Assembly: GCA_003990765.1 (NCBI GenBank)
Contig: RBNJ01000145.1
Span: 1-39,326, forward strand
From: Jimgerdemannia flammicorona
Taxonomy: Eukaryota
Length of the DNA stretch: 39,326 nt
Reading direction: 5' to 3'
The notes beneath the pieces are model-generated. The model was given only the letters and a program-made list of their open reading frames with translations, made no database searches and was not told the DNA's origin. Positions 1 to 13,228 of this stretch are shown here, piece by piece; the stretch's first letter is position 1, and each line of letters begins with the position of its first letter. Made by a program: the position numbers and the translations under genes.

Positions 1-45
1 CCCCCCAAAAAAAAAATAAAATAAAAAAATAAATAAATAAAACAG

Positions 46-2123
46 TCGAAATCTTGGCAAAGCTGGAATATGTGAACCCTTCCGGGAGTCTCAAGGACAG
101 AATCGCCAAAGCCATCCTGGAAGGTGAGCTTTCCCCCCCTCCACTTCCTCCTTGTCTCAAATAGACTAATCGATTCGCAACGCGCGCGTAATACTTCCTT
201 TGAAGACTACGAGAAATCCAATAAGATCACGTCGGGCGCAACCCTTATCGTCCCCACCACCGGAAACCTCGGCATATCTCTCGCCCTGCTAGCCCAAAAA
301 AAGGGCCACCGTGTCATTGCAGTCGTTCCCGAGCGCACCACTTACGACCGTATCCATTTGCTCAAGGCTCTCGGCGTCGAGATCCTCCGCGCACCCAACG
401 AGGCCAGGCGCGAGGCGAACGAGAGTCCCTACTCTGTCGCTGAGAAGCTGGCCAAGCAGCTCAACAATGCTGTGGTCATTGACGAGGTATGCTTTGGATG
501 CTGGGGATGGAAAGCACGCCATGCCATCATTCTCGTGCATCGGGACCCCGTCTCTCGCCAAATTCCTTCGCCAACCAGATCATATGATGCGTGTCCTCTC
601 AATTCGGCTATGCTGTCAGAGTACTTCCGCCCCTCGTGAGCCTTACTTAGAACTTGCGGAGGAGATCTTCCAGCAAGCCAAGAACGATATCGACTACCTG
701 ATCTGCGGTGTCGAGTCGGGTGCGACCATCACCGCTCTGGCCAACGAGTTAAGGGCCAAAATTCCACACATCAAGGTTAACAACGCTTCGGCATAATTTC
801 GTTTGTTTGATGAGGTTATTGCATCATTCACTCTAGATATTTATTAGACCCCATTCTTTGTTGACACTGATAGGTGGTTGGTGTTGAGCCGCATGGCTCC
901 ATCATTGGCGACAATACCGTCGTGGCCACACCACACGTAAGTACCAAAATGTTGATCGCTCGCTCGCTCAAGTATGAGAGAAGTGTAGTTTTCCCAACTA
1001 TACCAGACGACTCTTACAGATCACACCAACTCGTGCATGATATTTCGGATAGTCCCAAAACTGGAAAATCGAGGACCTCGGCAACAATTTTGTGCCCACT
1101 GTGCTCGAGAAGGGCTCTGTAGACAAATGGGTCAAGGTCTCCGATAAGGCAGCTTTTTCGACCGCAAGACAATTGATCCGCGATGAAGGCATGCTTTGTG
1201 GTACGAAAAAGAGACAGCACAGCCTCTCATCGTTTACCTTCTTTATTGCCCACTCACTCGGAACTCCCTCAACCCACCAGGTATCTCGTCTGGCGCCGTC
1301 GTCAGCGCTGCTCTCGACATCGCCCACAAACTGTCACAGCACACCACGCACACCCCGCGTATGGTCGTCGTGCTCAATGACACGGCTCGCAATTACAGTG
1401 CGACTCTGCTGTCGGACGAGTGGCTGCTCGAGAACGATCTAATGGACGATCTGACAGCCAAGAAGCTCGAATACTTGAGGAGCGAACGGTATCGCGCGGT
1501 ACGGCAACTATTGGGGTTACCACCTTTCTTATCGTTTCGTGGTTTCGTGTGACATTTCATGCCGATTCATTGCTTCCCTTATTCGCACCCCCCCCCCTTT
1601 CAGGCTTCGGTCGAAGATCTCCAGCTTCCAGCAGCCGTCACTATCTCACCCAGCGCCCCGCTTTCGCAGGCATTCGACCTGATGCTCGAGCGCGAATACT
1701 CCCAGCTGCCCGTAATCCATTCTTCCAACAAGAAGCTCGTCGGCTGCATCTCGCTCGCCTCTGTGAAAGCTCATCTTGAGGATGGCAGCGCCCAGGGCAG
1801 CGACCCGGTTTCCAGGTGGATGTTTCACTTCGGGAAGCAAGGTAAGGGAGAGAAGTACGAAGTCATCACACCGGACACTCCGTTGGCGACGTTGGGTAGG
1901 TATTTAGATGGTGCGACTGTATGAAGTTGTATGTCTGTGGAGAGGACTGTACTGTTTACAGTTTCTCATGTATTCTTTCCTCCCAAATCACACAGCCAAA
2001 TTTTTCGAAAAGAACTCGTTCGCGGTGATTACCGATGAACAAAGACGGTGGTGTCTAGGAGTAGCTACCAAGTACGATTTAATCAGCTTCCTGAATCGGA
2101 GAAACAACTTGATCGCTGTTTAG
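46..2123 (+). CDS. Cystathionine beta-synthase-like PLP enzyme with C-terminal CBS domains (multi-exon, 5' end outside window, divergent active site)
   Basis: Spliced exons give AKLEYVNPSGSLKDRIA, PTTGNLGISLAL, LAEEIFQQ, VGVEPHGS, ARQLIRDEGMLCGISSG, then a CBS-domain region (AFDLMLEREYSQLPV...GVATKYDLISFL). GT-AG introns; stop TAG at 2121-2123. Confidence 0.85.
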
Positions 2124-2225
2124 CTTGGTGAACGTCTGAGCGGGGGAGAATCGTAGGCCAAAAATTTTGGATGATAGGTTTTCAGCTGGTGCAATAAACA
2201 AACCTATCCCCCACCACCCCAGCCG

Positions 2226-2262
<37 letters not shown>

Positions 2263-2565
2263 ATTGTGATGCTGTGTGACGGAACCGAAATATTATGAAT
2301 GTGCCTTGAGATACTTGTATCGTCAATTTTAGAAATTATCGACGGATGTGGTTCCCAATGCAAAAGGCAGCACTGCGAACCAGTTCGTTCAAAATTTGTA
2401 TCAGGTCTTGCATCAGCGAAGGAGTTTCACAACCTGTGTGATACACGCGGATCTGTTCGTAAAGCTCGACCCTCACATATGTAATTCTATTTTTGTCAGG
2501 TCACATAATCCCAAATTCTCTCCTCCCCCCCCCCAAAAAAAAAAAATAAAAAAAAATACACCAAC

Positions 2566-5298
2566 TCAATCAACCTTTGCCTTTCCAGCCTTCCTCCTCT
2601 GCCTCGCCTCCCGCGCTTCCTTCCAAAGCGCCATAAAAAGTGGCACAGAAATGGGCACGAACAGCGGCATATAAATGGCATACTTGTGTTCATCCGGGAA
2701 ATAGAGCATGGAGACCATGGTGGGGTCGAAGAAGGCCCGTTCAGCGCGCTCAATCGCAAGGATTGAATGAGCGAGCGAGGAGGCGTAGTCACCCGCTTGT
2801 AAGGTATCGCAGGAAAGACGCAGGCTATCAAGTGCTTGGGTTACCTAGGTCGGTTGGCAGTGAGTGGTGATTGGATGCGAGAGTTTTTTTTTTTTTTTAC
2901 AATTCATGACATTTCTGCTCACCTCGGTCTGGATCTGATCGAGTACGACCATGTTTGGGATCTCGCTGACCAGCTGCGCCAATGACTTGAGAGTCGATAC
3001 GGCGTTGACAATATTCTCCGCAGTGCGCTGCCGGACAAGACGGTCCATCTCCATGACGGTGATGGCCGTCTGCGGCGAGGGCGCAAATGTGATATTGAAG
3101 GGGAGGGCCTTTGGAAATAATATTAAAAAGTAACTGGTAAAACCACAGATCCAGAAAAGAGATTCTCGCATGGGGAACAAGACGATTTGAACAAGATGAA
3201 ACAAACAGGAAGAACCTCAAACCTAAGTCCGCACCTTGTCCTCCCCGTTGCGCTTTAAATCGTGCACACCAAGCAACCCACGAAGCTGTGACGCAAAGAT
3301 CTCCATCACGGGCTTAAGGTCCTTGCGCGTGAAGTGATGGTAATGTGCTGCGATGGATGCCGCATTTGGGTTATGGATCACAATGCCGCCCCAGCGGGGG
3401 ATCAAAAAGGCGTTGCTACCAATACGATTGCCTGTAATTCCACCAACAAATAAGCATGCGAACAGGGAAGTCCAAGTTTACAGACATTCGGAGTGATCAG
3501 GTTGAAAGAGAGATAAAGGCAGCGAATTGCATGATTACGTGAATGACTTCATCGCGTACGGGTTACCTTTAGAATTATGTATCCGCAATGGTGTCTCGCT
3601 CGCCAAAGGGATATACAGGATGAAGTTGATAGAGGGATATGACGAGACGGCCGACGCTATTCGAAAAAAGGTTACGGAGAGAGCACTTACAGTGTAAGAG
3701 TTTCGCGAAGTATACGTCATGTATTTTAAAACGAGATACATATTCGGCTCTCCTTATACTCAACACTCACCTAAATTCCATTCGGCTGAGTTGATGAAGT
3801 GAGGTAGCGATTCAGGGTCGAGGTAGTGGTAAGATGGCTCGCGCTCACGCTCTCTATAATGAGGCTTCACTGCTAGACTCGCGTAATGCTGGATCTGCGA
3901 GGATTCAAGGTGAAAAGGGGCGTAGTCATGTTGAGGGTATAGAGGCCAAGTCAAGGGCAATGATATGCCGACAATGAAGAACAGCGCAAGGTCTGACCTG
4001 CGAGTCAATGGTGAAGTTGGACACGGCTGATATTTCGGCTATGAAAGGCGATAGATAACCTGGACGCGTTTGCAAGCAGAAAGGGATATGAGGGGATATA
4101 AGGCAATAAGAAATCCCGAAATCCCGAAGTGACAAACAAGACTTACTCTCAATTGCCCCGCGAATATCCCAGTCGACGTTCAGATTCGACGGGTCGCCAT
4201 TCATGAGGCTGAATGTCATTTGGTACCGAGACGAGTACTTCATCGTTCGCATGCTATCTGGATTGGCCTGTTCAACAAATGGCGAATGAACAGGGCGGAT
4301 GCGTTGAACCAAGAAAGGGCTTCCATTATTTCCAATAATTTCAATTTCGGCAAACGAGAGAGGCGCAATTCCGGGACTCGCGCATCACCTTCTCGTCATT
4401 GCTCTGCTCGCACGCGACCCCGCGAATTGTTTCCTGCTCTTTAGCGAACAGGTTGGGTATAAGCGAAGATATGGTCCGGATGATCTCATCTATGCCATGA
4501 TATTCGGCCGAATCGAAGAGAAAGGTATGAGAATACATGCACAAATTTCCGGATCAATCGTGGCCAGAGATGCAGCAAAGGAGGCCAAAAAGAGACGACG
4601 TCGACAAGCTACCTTGCTTCCAATTTTTCACTAGTACCGCGACGCTTCGGTCCGTGCCAACTGATACATTTGTTTGGCCGTCCGGATTCCCTGGCGCCAC
4701 GTATATGCTATAATGACCGTTGCTAGTCAAAGGCGAGCCTTCAACTGCTTTCGATACTAGTGCCGTTTGTGTATCAATGCGTAAAATGTTCATTGTCACC
4801 TCCCATATCCATCATCGTCCCATGGCGTCGGAAAGGAGCAATGAATCGGGATAAAAGGTACTCGCTCTTACCGTCTAGGTCGGCACCAACATTCCATGGT
4901 ACCGCCACAACGGATACAGGAAAACTGACGCAGTTGTTTCGAGAGTTATTGGAATATTGCATGGAAACGGAGTCTTGTATGGATGAGATGAGCAAGGCCA
5001 GGTCAGGGCGAGAGGCCGATGCGGATGCGGTGTCGGCGACATAAAGGGTGAATTTTGTGGGAAAACGAAGGCTACAAGACTGTGGGAGGAACACGAACTG
5101 AGGGGTTTAACCCAAGTTGCATGTGCGGTTCTCTTTTTGCGGGAAGAAAAGGGTTACCTGTCTCGAAGCCCACTGGTCTATATCTGCGAAGGGCAACTGA
5201 GCACGGTAGACTTCTGTTGTCTTCCACCAGAATGGCAGGGCGAAAACGATAACAATCCAGAATGATGAGATGACGAGAAGCCTGTTTGAATATTCCAT
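2566..5298 (-). CDS. GPI17: GPI transamidase subunit PIG-S/Gpi17 (multi-exon)
   Basis: N-terminal TM ending ALPFWWKTTEVYRAQLP; FLIPRWGGIVIHN; C-terminal AERAFFDPTMVSMLYFPDEHKYAIYMPLFVP followed by a basic tail. ATG at 5298, TGA at 2566-2568. Confidence 0.92.
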
Positions 5299-5487
5299 GT
5301 GCTTGGGGTGTGTTTGGGGGAGAGGAGGGGGGAAGGGAAGGGGGGAGGTGAAGGGGGAAGGTGGACGCGGCGACAAAGTTTTGGTGCAGTGGGGTCACGT
5401 GGCGGGACCCTCTGGGAAACTGACCGACTGGATTGGGACATGACAGAAGCTGCAGCAAACGCCCCGACGCGACAATTCGCAACAACA
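5299..5487. promoter_or_regulatory. Putative bidirectional promoter GPI17/VMA5 with E-box GTCACGTG (5394-5401)
   Basis: Only 189 bp between divergent ATGs; contains a G-rich tract and a CACGTG core. Confidence 0.5.
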
Positions 5488-6336
5488 ATGCACGAGTTCT
5501 GGTTCATATCCGTCCCTATTTCAGGCAACCTGACCAACACACATCTGAACTTGAAGAACAAGTTGCATGATGCCGCAGACGTTTCTCTCTTCAGCATTCC
5601 AGTGTTCAAGGTACCCTTCTGATTGCCTGCCTGCCTTCTTGAACCTCAACCAATATATTGTCTCACGCTCTCGTTTGTCCGCCTCAGATCGGAACCCTTG
5701 ACGCGTTGGTTGTCATGTCCGACGATCTGGCAAAGTTTGACCTCGCCTTCGAGCAATCAACCCTGAAGATCTCAGACATTCTTCGAACCCTGCTGCGGAA
5801 CGCTCAGACCGACCTCAACAGCCAACTCACCGTCAACGAAAGTACGCTCTCTCTCCCCCCCTCTCTCTTTCTCTCTCTTTTTCACGCTAAAACTCTGTGC
5901 GCCGTACAGTAGTTTCCCCTTACCGCGCCTTCGCCTCCTTATATTGAGAACCGAAAACTGCCCTGGCGTTGCTGTAGAAAGCGTGGACCAGTACATCAAA
6001 ACCTTCGAATGGAATACGACGAAATATCGCATCGACAAGTCGCTCCAAGAGATCACCGAACTTCTCAATCAGGTAATATCATACTCTCATCTGCCACCTT
6101 GACGATCCAGCAAAATCCCTCCCTCCCTCCCCACCTTCTCAAACCACCGAACCATTCACGGTCGTTATTTCATTTGCCCGTTTGATTGCTGTTGCAGGAA
6201 GTCACGTCCATCGACACACTCATGAAGCACAAGATGTCAAACTACACACAAGTGAAAGGGAGCCTGCAGAACTTGCAAAGAAAGGAGACGTAAGTGCACA
6301 ACCGGATGTTCATTGCCGCCGTCTCCTCGTGCCTTT

Positions 6337-6397
<61 letters not shown>

Positions 6398-7710
6398 TTG
6401 TGATGGTGTTAGTTCGATATTGGAACTGATTGGAGAGGTGTGGTTTCAGAGGCAACCTGGCGGTCAAGAATTTGGTTGGAATCGTGAAGAAGGAGCATTT
6501 TGTTCTGGATTCGGAATACCTCGAAACCATCCTGGTGGCCGTCCCGAGGTAAGCCGGTGATACGGTTCATTGCAGGGATGGTTACCTATACTTATAAGAT
6601 CTGTTGCATGTGTCAACTCGAAAGTCTATCCCTCTGTCGTTTTTTTTTTTTTTTTTGTGTGGTTTTTTTCGTCTTACCACCCAAATTCATAAGTCTCACG
6701 CGAGCAAATACTTTTGGAACAGGAACCTTTACAAAGACTGGCTCAACAAGTATGAGACTCTTACGCAGATGGTCGTCCCGCGATCCTCGCAGTACGTATC
6801 AATATAATCTTTGATTGTGGTAGATATGTTTCTTTGGCTTATCAAGAGAGTATCTTTCATCCTGATTCTCCGCTTGACCATTATTCCCTCCATTTTAGGA
6901 AGGTAGTGGAGGATGACGAATATGGAGTGTTCACGGTTACCCTATTCAAACGTATCGTGGAAGACTTCTCGCACAGATGTAGAGAAGAGAAGTAAGTGGC
7001 GCATATTCTGCGATTGCTTTTTCATGCCTTTGTCAATGGCCCGATTCATTTGGTCGGTTTCGTACAGATTCGTTGTAAGGGACTTCAAGTACGACGAAGC
7101 CGCGCTTACAAACCAGAAGAAGGACCTGGAGGAGATCACTGCGACGGAGAAAGAGCAACAGGTCCGTCTTTGAGCCTGAGTAAGTCCCATGTTAGCGAGA
7201 CCGCCTTTTGAATGGAACCTTACTGGTAATCCGATTTTTGTACATTTAATTTCCTCTTATCAGACCACCCTTCTGCAGCTGGCCAAGACGAACTTTGGCG
7301 AGATCTTCGCGTCGTGGATACACCTCAAGGCTCTGAGGATCTTTGTGGAATCCGTGTTGCGTTATGGGTTGCCACCTGATTTTGCTGCCATGGCCGTCAA
7401 GGTAAGTCTCTCATCTATTTACAAACCTCGGGTTGCGATAATTGCCGTTGCTGAGCATTGCCGCCCAACCGAACTTTAATAATGTCCGTGACACATTCTC
7501 GTACCACAGCCAAAACACAAGATGGATCGCAAGGCTCGCGAGGTGCTCAATACGCAGTACGGCCACTTGGGCGGCATCCACGGCCAGCAGGTACAGTCCA
7601 AGTCCGGCGACGCGGACGAGGCGCTGGAGCAGCAGTACCAAAGTTTATTCGATAACGACTACCACCCATACGTTTTCTTTGATGTTCGTTGGGATCCTGA
7701 GCGCAAGTGA
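5488..7710 (+). CDS. VMA5: V-type ATPase V1 subunit C (multi-exon)
   Basis: MHEFWFISVP...FSIPVFK|IGTLDALV, FEWNTTKY, LDSEYLETILVAVP, YETLTQMVVPRSS, WIHLKALRIFVESVLRYGLPPDF, YHPYVFF. All introns GT-AG. Confidence 0.96.
6334..6395. repeat. Adjacent T23/A39 homopolymer (self-complementary) in a VMA5 intron
   Basis: Direct reading of the sequence. Confidence 0.85.
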
Positions 7711-8157
7711 TTTATTACTGTGTAAGATATAAAAAACATGGATTGGTTTTAGCTGCTATGACTTGAATAAGATCAATGCTGCAGTGCGGATTCCTTGAAT
7801 GAACTGTTGAGAGGGTGTGATACAGGGATGATGGCATGGCAGAGATTGGAGGATGGAATAGTTCAAAACGAAAAAAAAAACAAAACCAATACCAGATTAT
7901 GGAAGGAGCCCACGGCATGATTGGAGCAATGAAGGTCTGAATAATGTTACAGTGGTTGTCCAGTGGCTACACTAAGTGCATTAGGTACAATACTATATGT
8001 GCAGAGTGAAAAGGAAATCCTGGTTTCTTCACAACCCCTCCGTGATGTAGCCCGTTCTCACCATCCTCATCATCACGAAGCCGATGCCGTACAATTACAC
8101 AACACGCTTTTCCATTTCTATCGGCGTACTTAGCAAGACAGAAAAAATGCAACGCTC

Positions 8158-9921
8158 TTAGCCTTTGCCCGCTGCGGTTTCTGGCTGCCGGTAAAATTCG
8201 TTGTAATCGAGTCGCGTCAACAAGGAACGTAAATCCTCATCTTGATACGAAGATAGTACCCCTAGGAGAGCATTTACTTCCTCCTAAGGATTGTTACGTG
8301 AGAAAATGTCGGTATGCTCAATATGAAGGTGCTGGTAAATTACAACGAAGGAACAAGATTGAAAGTCGGACAAGCTTAATATTTCCATACCTTGAACTTA
8401 ACTGAGGTCTCCTTCAATCTATCCCGAATTTTGGGTAACTTATCTTCAAAATCACTCACAGGTAATCGGTCGATATTGCCATCGTCTTCCGTTAAGCCCC
8501 ATTTGCCCTACACATTACGAATCGAAATACGCGTATTAACGCGGAATAAGCTGCCGTTTCTAATCCTGATAACGGTCATGGCCTAATGCATTTGAGATTC
8601 CAACTTACCGACTTTGTCCTCTTCCGAGCGTCCCGAGCCATCTTTTCTCGCCGCTCGACCTCCGCTAACGCAAACCCCGTAAGTCGGTCCTGTCGTAGTG
8701 GGAATGAGAAGAGAATCAGCGTCATATAATCGTGACATGGAATGAACAGGAACTTGTAATTATGGATCGAAGATAGTCGTCAGAATAGCATGGTCGCAAC
8801 GAGGAGGGAGAGAAATATGAAAGCAATGGAGACTTGCCAACGCAATCTTATACTGCAGTATCACGTCAAAAATCTTCACCAGCTTCATTGACAAGTTCTA
8901 TAAGGATGAATTCAATGGAGGAGGTTACGAGCGAAATCTAGATGTAAACCAGCGCACGTGAATACACTCCACATCAAGTACGCACCTGATTCTTAGACCC
9001 AACGAGGAATCCCTTATCGGTAATGCCATTCAGGTAGCGTGAGTGAGCGTCGATAAGCGAATTGAGGTCGATACATTTGTGCTGGACGAAATTCATCAGC
9101 TCCTCCCACGAGCATTCGAGCACCTGAGTTCACGGAATAGAATTTGGTTGCGATCGTTGTAACACGACGGTAAGACAGCGTCAATAAAAGGACAGCGCTA
9201 CTCAGATGATTAATTATCAGCAGCGGAAAATGGGTAACAATCATACCTCAAACAGATAGTAGTACTGCAATTGATATACGAAATGGATCATTTCGCTAAC
9301 GGTGATGCGGGTCACATGCAAGTCCAGCTCAATCTCTACAACGATCCGATAGATGAAGACATTAACGAGTTACCCCCGGCATCAAAAAAAAAAAAAAAAA
9401 AAAAAAAAAGATTCCTCTTACCAGTAATCATGCCAAACTTGCGCCCGCTTGTCACCATACGGCGCCACGCAGCCGATAGTGTATGCTCAACTCTCTTGAG
9501 ACGCCACAAGAAGTTGAACAACTTGAGATACTGATGCATCGCCTGGGGCGTAAATACAGTGTTGATCGGCGAATCCACGTGGTAATCGAGAGTGAACACA
9601 TCCCAGCCCAGGTCGCCTGGTGAGACCTGTTCGGAGAGGTGAGCAACGGTCATCAGCGCAATGATTATATAGAGATCAATCTAAGTTGGTCACAATATGT
9701 GAGGCATGTTTAACTCACCTCGAGTAATCGCACGTCCAGCCGCCGTAATATTTCGGGATCGTCATATTGTGCATTTGATGCGCGGATAGCGGTCTCCAAT
9801 GTACCAGTCAAATTATGGCGATATAGGGTATTGGCTGCTTTGTCGAGCCCGTCTCTGTGTTGGCGATTTCAATAAATTTGGAAGATTATTCTCCACCATC
9901 ATCCCGCAAAACAAAACAAAC

Positions 9922-9962
<41 letters not shown>

Positions 9963-12900
9963 AATGAATCCTTTCGTGGAGACTTTAGATGCAAACTGCA
10001 AACTGCCCTCCGAACCGTAGTAGCAAAACGCACCCTAATGAGTCCATCAGATACTGGATGAAATCACCCTGACCAAGAAGCAGGTAACGCTTGAGCGCAC
10101 GGAAATGTTCCATCAGCTTGTACTTGTTGGACAGCAGATCGAGCAAACGTCGGCTAGTTTCGGTATAGGCGGCATCGATCGAACTTTCGACGGTGACAAT
10201 GTCACCGTACTTTAGCACCTGGACTGCGGGTTATTGTTAAGTACTGCTCATACGGAATGGAAAACTGAATGGAATATGAAGAGTGCCTAATTGTATAACT
10301 TACGTCGGTCTGAGACTATGTCCCCTGGTTTCGATACGAGGGTGTCATCATGGCAACTGTAACGGATGAAATTAAGCGACTTGCCGATGGAGAAAATCTG
10401 CAACAATATATGAATATCGCACTGAGTCATGGCTTAACATAGAGTCGTCAGATTTGAGATAAAAAACTGCAACCGAACCTTTTGCGCCAGCGCCTTCCCG
10501 ATGAAACTCGGTAACATATCTTCCCTCATCGAGTATTTCCGTAGCCACAATTCCTCCTCTTGCACGCTGTCGTCGCACGCAACAAAGAACTCGTTGTAGG
10601 GATCTTCGAGCTCGCCTTCGTAGATCCAGCGTTGCAACATCTCGTAAAAGGGCTTCGAGACCTGTAAATAAATAACGCGAAAACCAGAACGAAGTCGAAT
10701 GAAGGTAGGAAACCAACGAAAAACAATGGATCAGTCAAGTTGAATAAATATGCGGACACTCATATTGCATATGTAAGTTGACATTTGAGAGATACATTAC
10801 GTCTTCCAATAGGTGGTTGATGAAGTTGTGGATGAAAGGGTCGCCATGACTGGTGTAACCGTAGATAGTATTCACAAGTTGGCCGCCTTTTTGCTCTGGC
10901 AGTAGTCCAAAACATAATATTGAAATTAAAACTAGTAAGTGATCACACCAAACACCTAGCACCTTTACCGGCCACGAATCGATGCTTCTTTATAAATCCG
11001 TAACCTACCCGCACATACGTCGACCAAAACGCTCATCAGTCTCAATCTTTGCATGGAGTCCTGCGTCCAGACCAGCAGCCGCTTCAAGCTGAGCCCCTTG
11101 GTGGTCACAGAACCGCCACGATTACTCGCGTCGTCCTTTGCAATTTGCGCCTCCAGTACCGCGATCAGGCGGTAGTAGTCTGTGAGCTCTCGCTGTAATG
11201 CGGAGCAGAAACTCTGTACAGGATGCCAGTTGCATAATGTTTAAGTCGAGTATTCAGATCTCATAAGTGATGATGAGGGACTAAATAGATCTTGCAAAAC
11301 TGACAAAAACACCAACCTGACCCACGAGGCCGATGGATGTATCGTCGGCCCGAACCCGAACAAACATATGCACTCGCTTGTAAAGCCACCCAAGCTCGGA
11401 CAACCGATGAATAAGGTCTCGTGTCGAACGTGGTATAGCCACCTGGACAAAGGCATATTTAGACAAAAATGAATCATGTTGCTAGGACACGTAATCGTCG
11501 CACAAGGTCCTCCCATTCGATTCAACCGCATCTGGTCATATACAGACACGGAGAGAACATCGTTATTTACTATTCTCAATGGAGGTATGACAGACCTTGT
11601 TATCAATAACGTAAGAACCCGCATCCTCGGCGAACTTGACGTACCGCCCGTCGATCCCCTGGAACATAAAAATAGCGTCCCGTAGCAACGCCGTCTCAGA
11701 AACCTCGTAGGTCGCTGTATGAAGCAATGAAGATAATAATCAGGAAGTGTATCGCACGATCAGCAATGTGGTACTAAGCCCAAGGCATCACTAGATTATC
11801 AGATACTACAAAAACTACCATCAGCCCTCGAACACTTACAATCCCCAGCGGCCAGGTACTGCTTATAAGCAGCCAACCCAGAAAGCTGCGAATCCTTGGA
11901 GGACTTGGACGGTTGCGGTTGTGGAGAATTCGCCTGGCTGTCATCGTTGTTACGCTGATTGCCGAATATGCGCGCGCTCGACCTTGGGTCTCCGTCCATA
12001 CGTTGGTTGGGCGCGGCTGCCGGTGAGATGTTCTGCAAGCCCATGGCGGCGAAGGTTTGTTCTACGGGCTGCTGAGACCATCAGTGACAGGAACGGATTA
12101 TGTGGATCTTTGTTTGCGATGAGGTGATCTGGCGGTAACATATAATGACACAACGGAGAACAGCATGAGGTGCAGGATAAAAATATTGGACTCACGGCCG
12201 AATCCGCCAATGAATTGAACTCCATGGAATGCGACGAGGGTTTCTCGCTCGCTGAAAGTAGGAAGTACATGATTGCCCATCTCCGTGTCAGCGTCGTCTA
12301 ATGAACGGAACCCCATAATTGTATGAATATTTCCAATCACATCGAATTTCGTCGGTTTATAAAACCCGCCCAAACCCCTTATCCATAAAACGTGACATTC
12401 TTGTTTTAAAAATTCGACGTAATAGAACCATATCTTTGTGCTGTCATGGATACCTGGGATGAAAGCTTGCCGTAGAGATTCGAAAATCTTATTGCCTTTG
12501 TTGAAGATCTTTGTTCTCGGATTACTGTAATGTACAATGATGGGGTGGATAAGCGTCATGTCATAAAATGGTGGTGGAGAGTGATATCGAAGCATTTAGG
12601 CGTAATAACGAAACTCACGTTTCTTTTTGATTTGGTCAACGAGGTGCATCTCGTCTGTTACCACAGAAGGAGTAAGCCGACTGTCGCATAGAATGATTGC
12701 CGTTAGAGAAGTTACCAAGCGGTGGAGCTCAATGTGGAACCCGTCTCCAGACTTCTGCATACTCTTACCTCCCAAGGATCCTCAGCGCGTGTTTGTAGAT
12801 CTCCTTCACTTTCGTGTCGCCCGCAGCGCCATTCCTTGCCGAGTCGGCATTCGTGGCGATACTGATGCCGAGCGAGGCGTACGGCGACCGATCGGCTCCG

Positions 12901-13076
12901 GTGGTGGTGGTGGTGGTGGTGTCGATCTGAAGAAGGTGTTTTACTAGGGCGAGCAGCTGTTTGGATATGTAGTCTGACTGAGACTCGGGGGGGTTGGCAG
13001 TTCGAGGGAGATCGGGTGGCTGTGGGGAGGTGTGGAAGAAGTTTGTCAGGGAGTTGTTTTGAGGGGCTCTGTTCAT
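8158..13076 (-). CDS. SPC98: Gamma-tubulin complex component 3 (GCP3/Spc98), multi-exon
   Basis: [110 protein letters not shown] at 13076, TAA at 8158-8160. Confidence 0.95.
8690..8837 (-). other. GC-AG intron in SPC98
   Basis: TTG|GCAAGT donor and CAG acceptor join ...[15 protein letters not shown]... in frame. Confidence 0.75.
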
Positions 13077-13228
13077 GGTTTGGCTGTTTTTTTTTTTTGG
13101 AAAGAGCAGCCAGAAGCAAGACAGGGCGCGTATCAAGTTTTCGCGTGGTAGTGGGATGGTGACGTCATAGAATAGTGAATAGGCTAGTCATGCCATCCTA
13201 AACTCTCGCCTCTCGTCTCTTGCCTACC
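13077..13228. promoter_or_regulatory. Putative bidirectional promoter SPC98/COX11 with CRE (TGACGTCA 13160-13167) and SCB/E2F-like TTTTCGCG (13138-13145)
   Basis: 152 bp between divergent ATGs; motifs read directly. Confidence 0.5.

Noticed and set aside
12299-12453. SPC98 intron with donor GTATCCAT resembling a U12 GT-AG donor
   Set aside because: It mismatches the RTATCCTT consensus and has no TCCTTRAC branch site near the 3' end; treated as U2.
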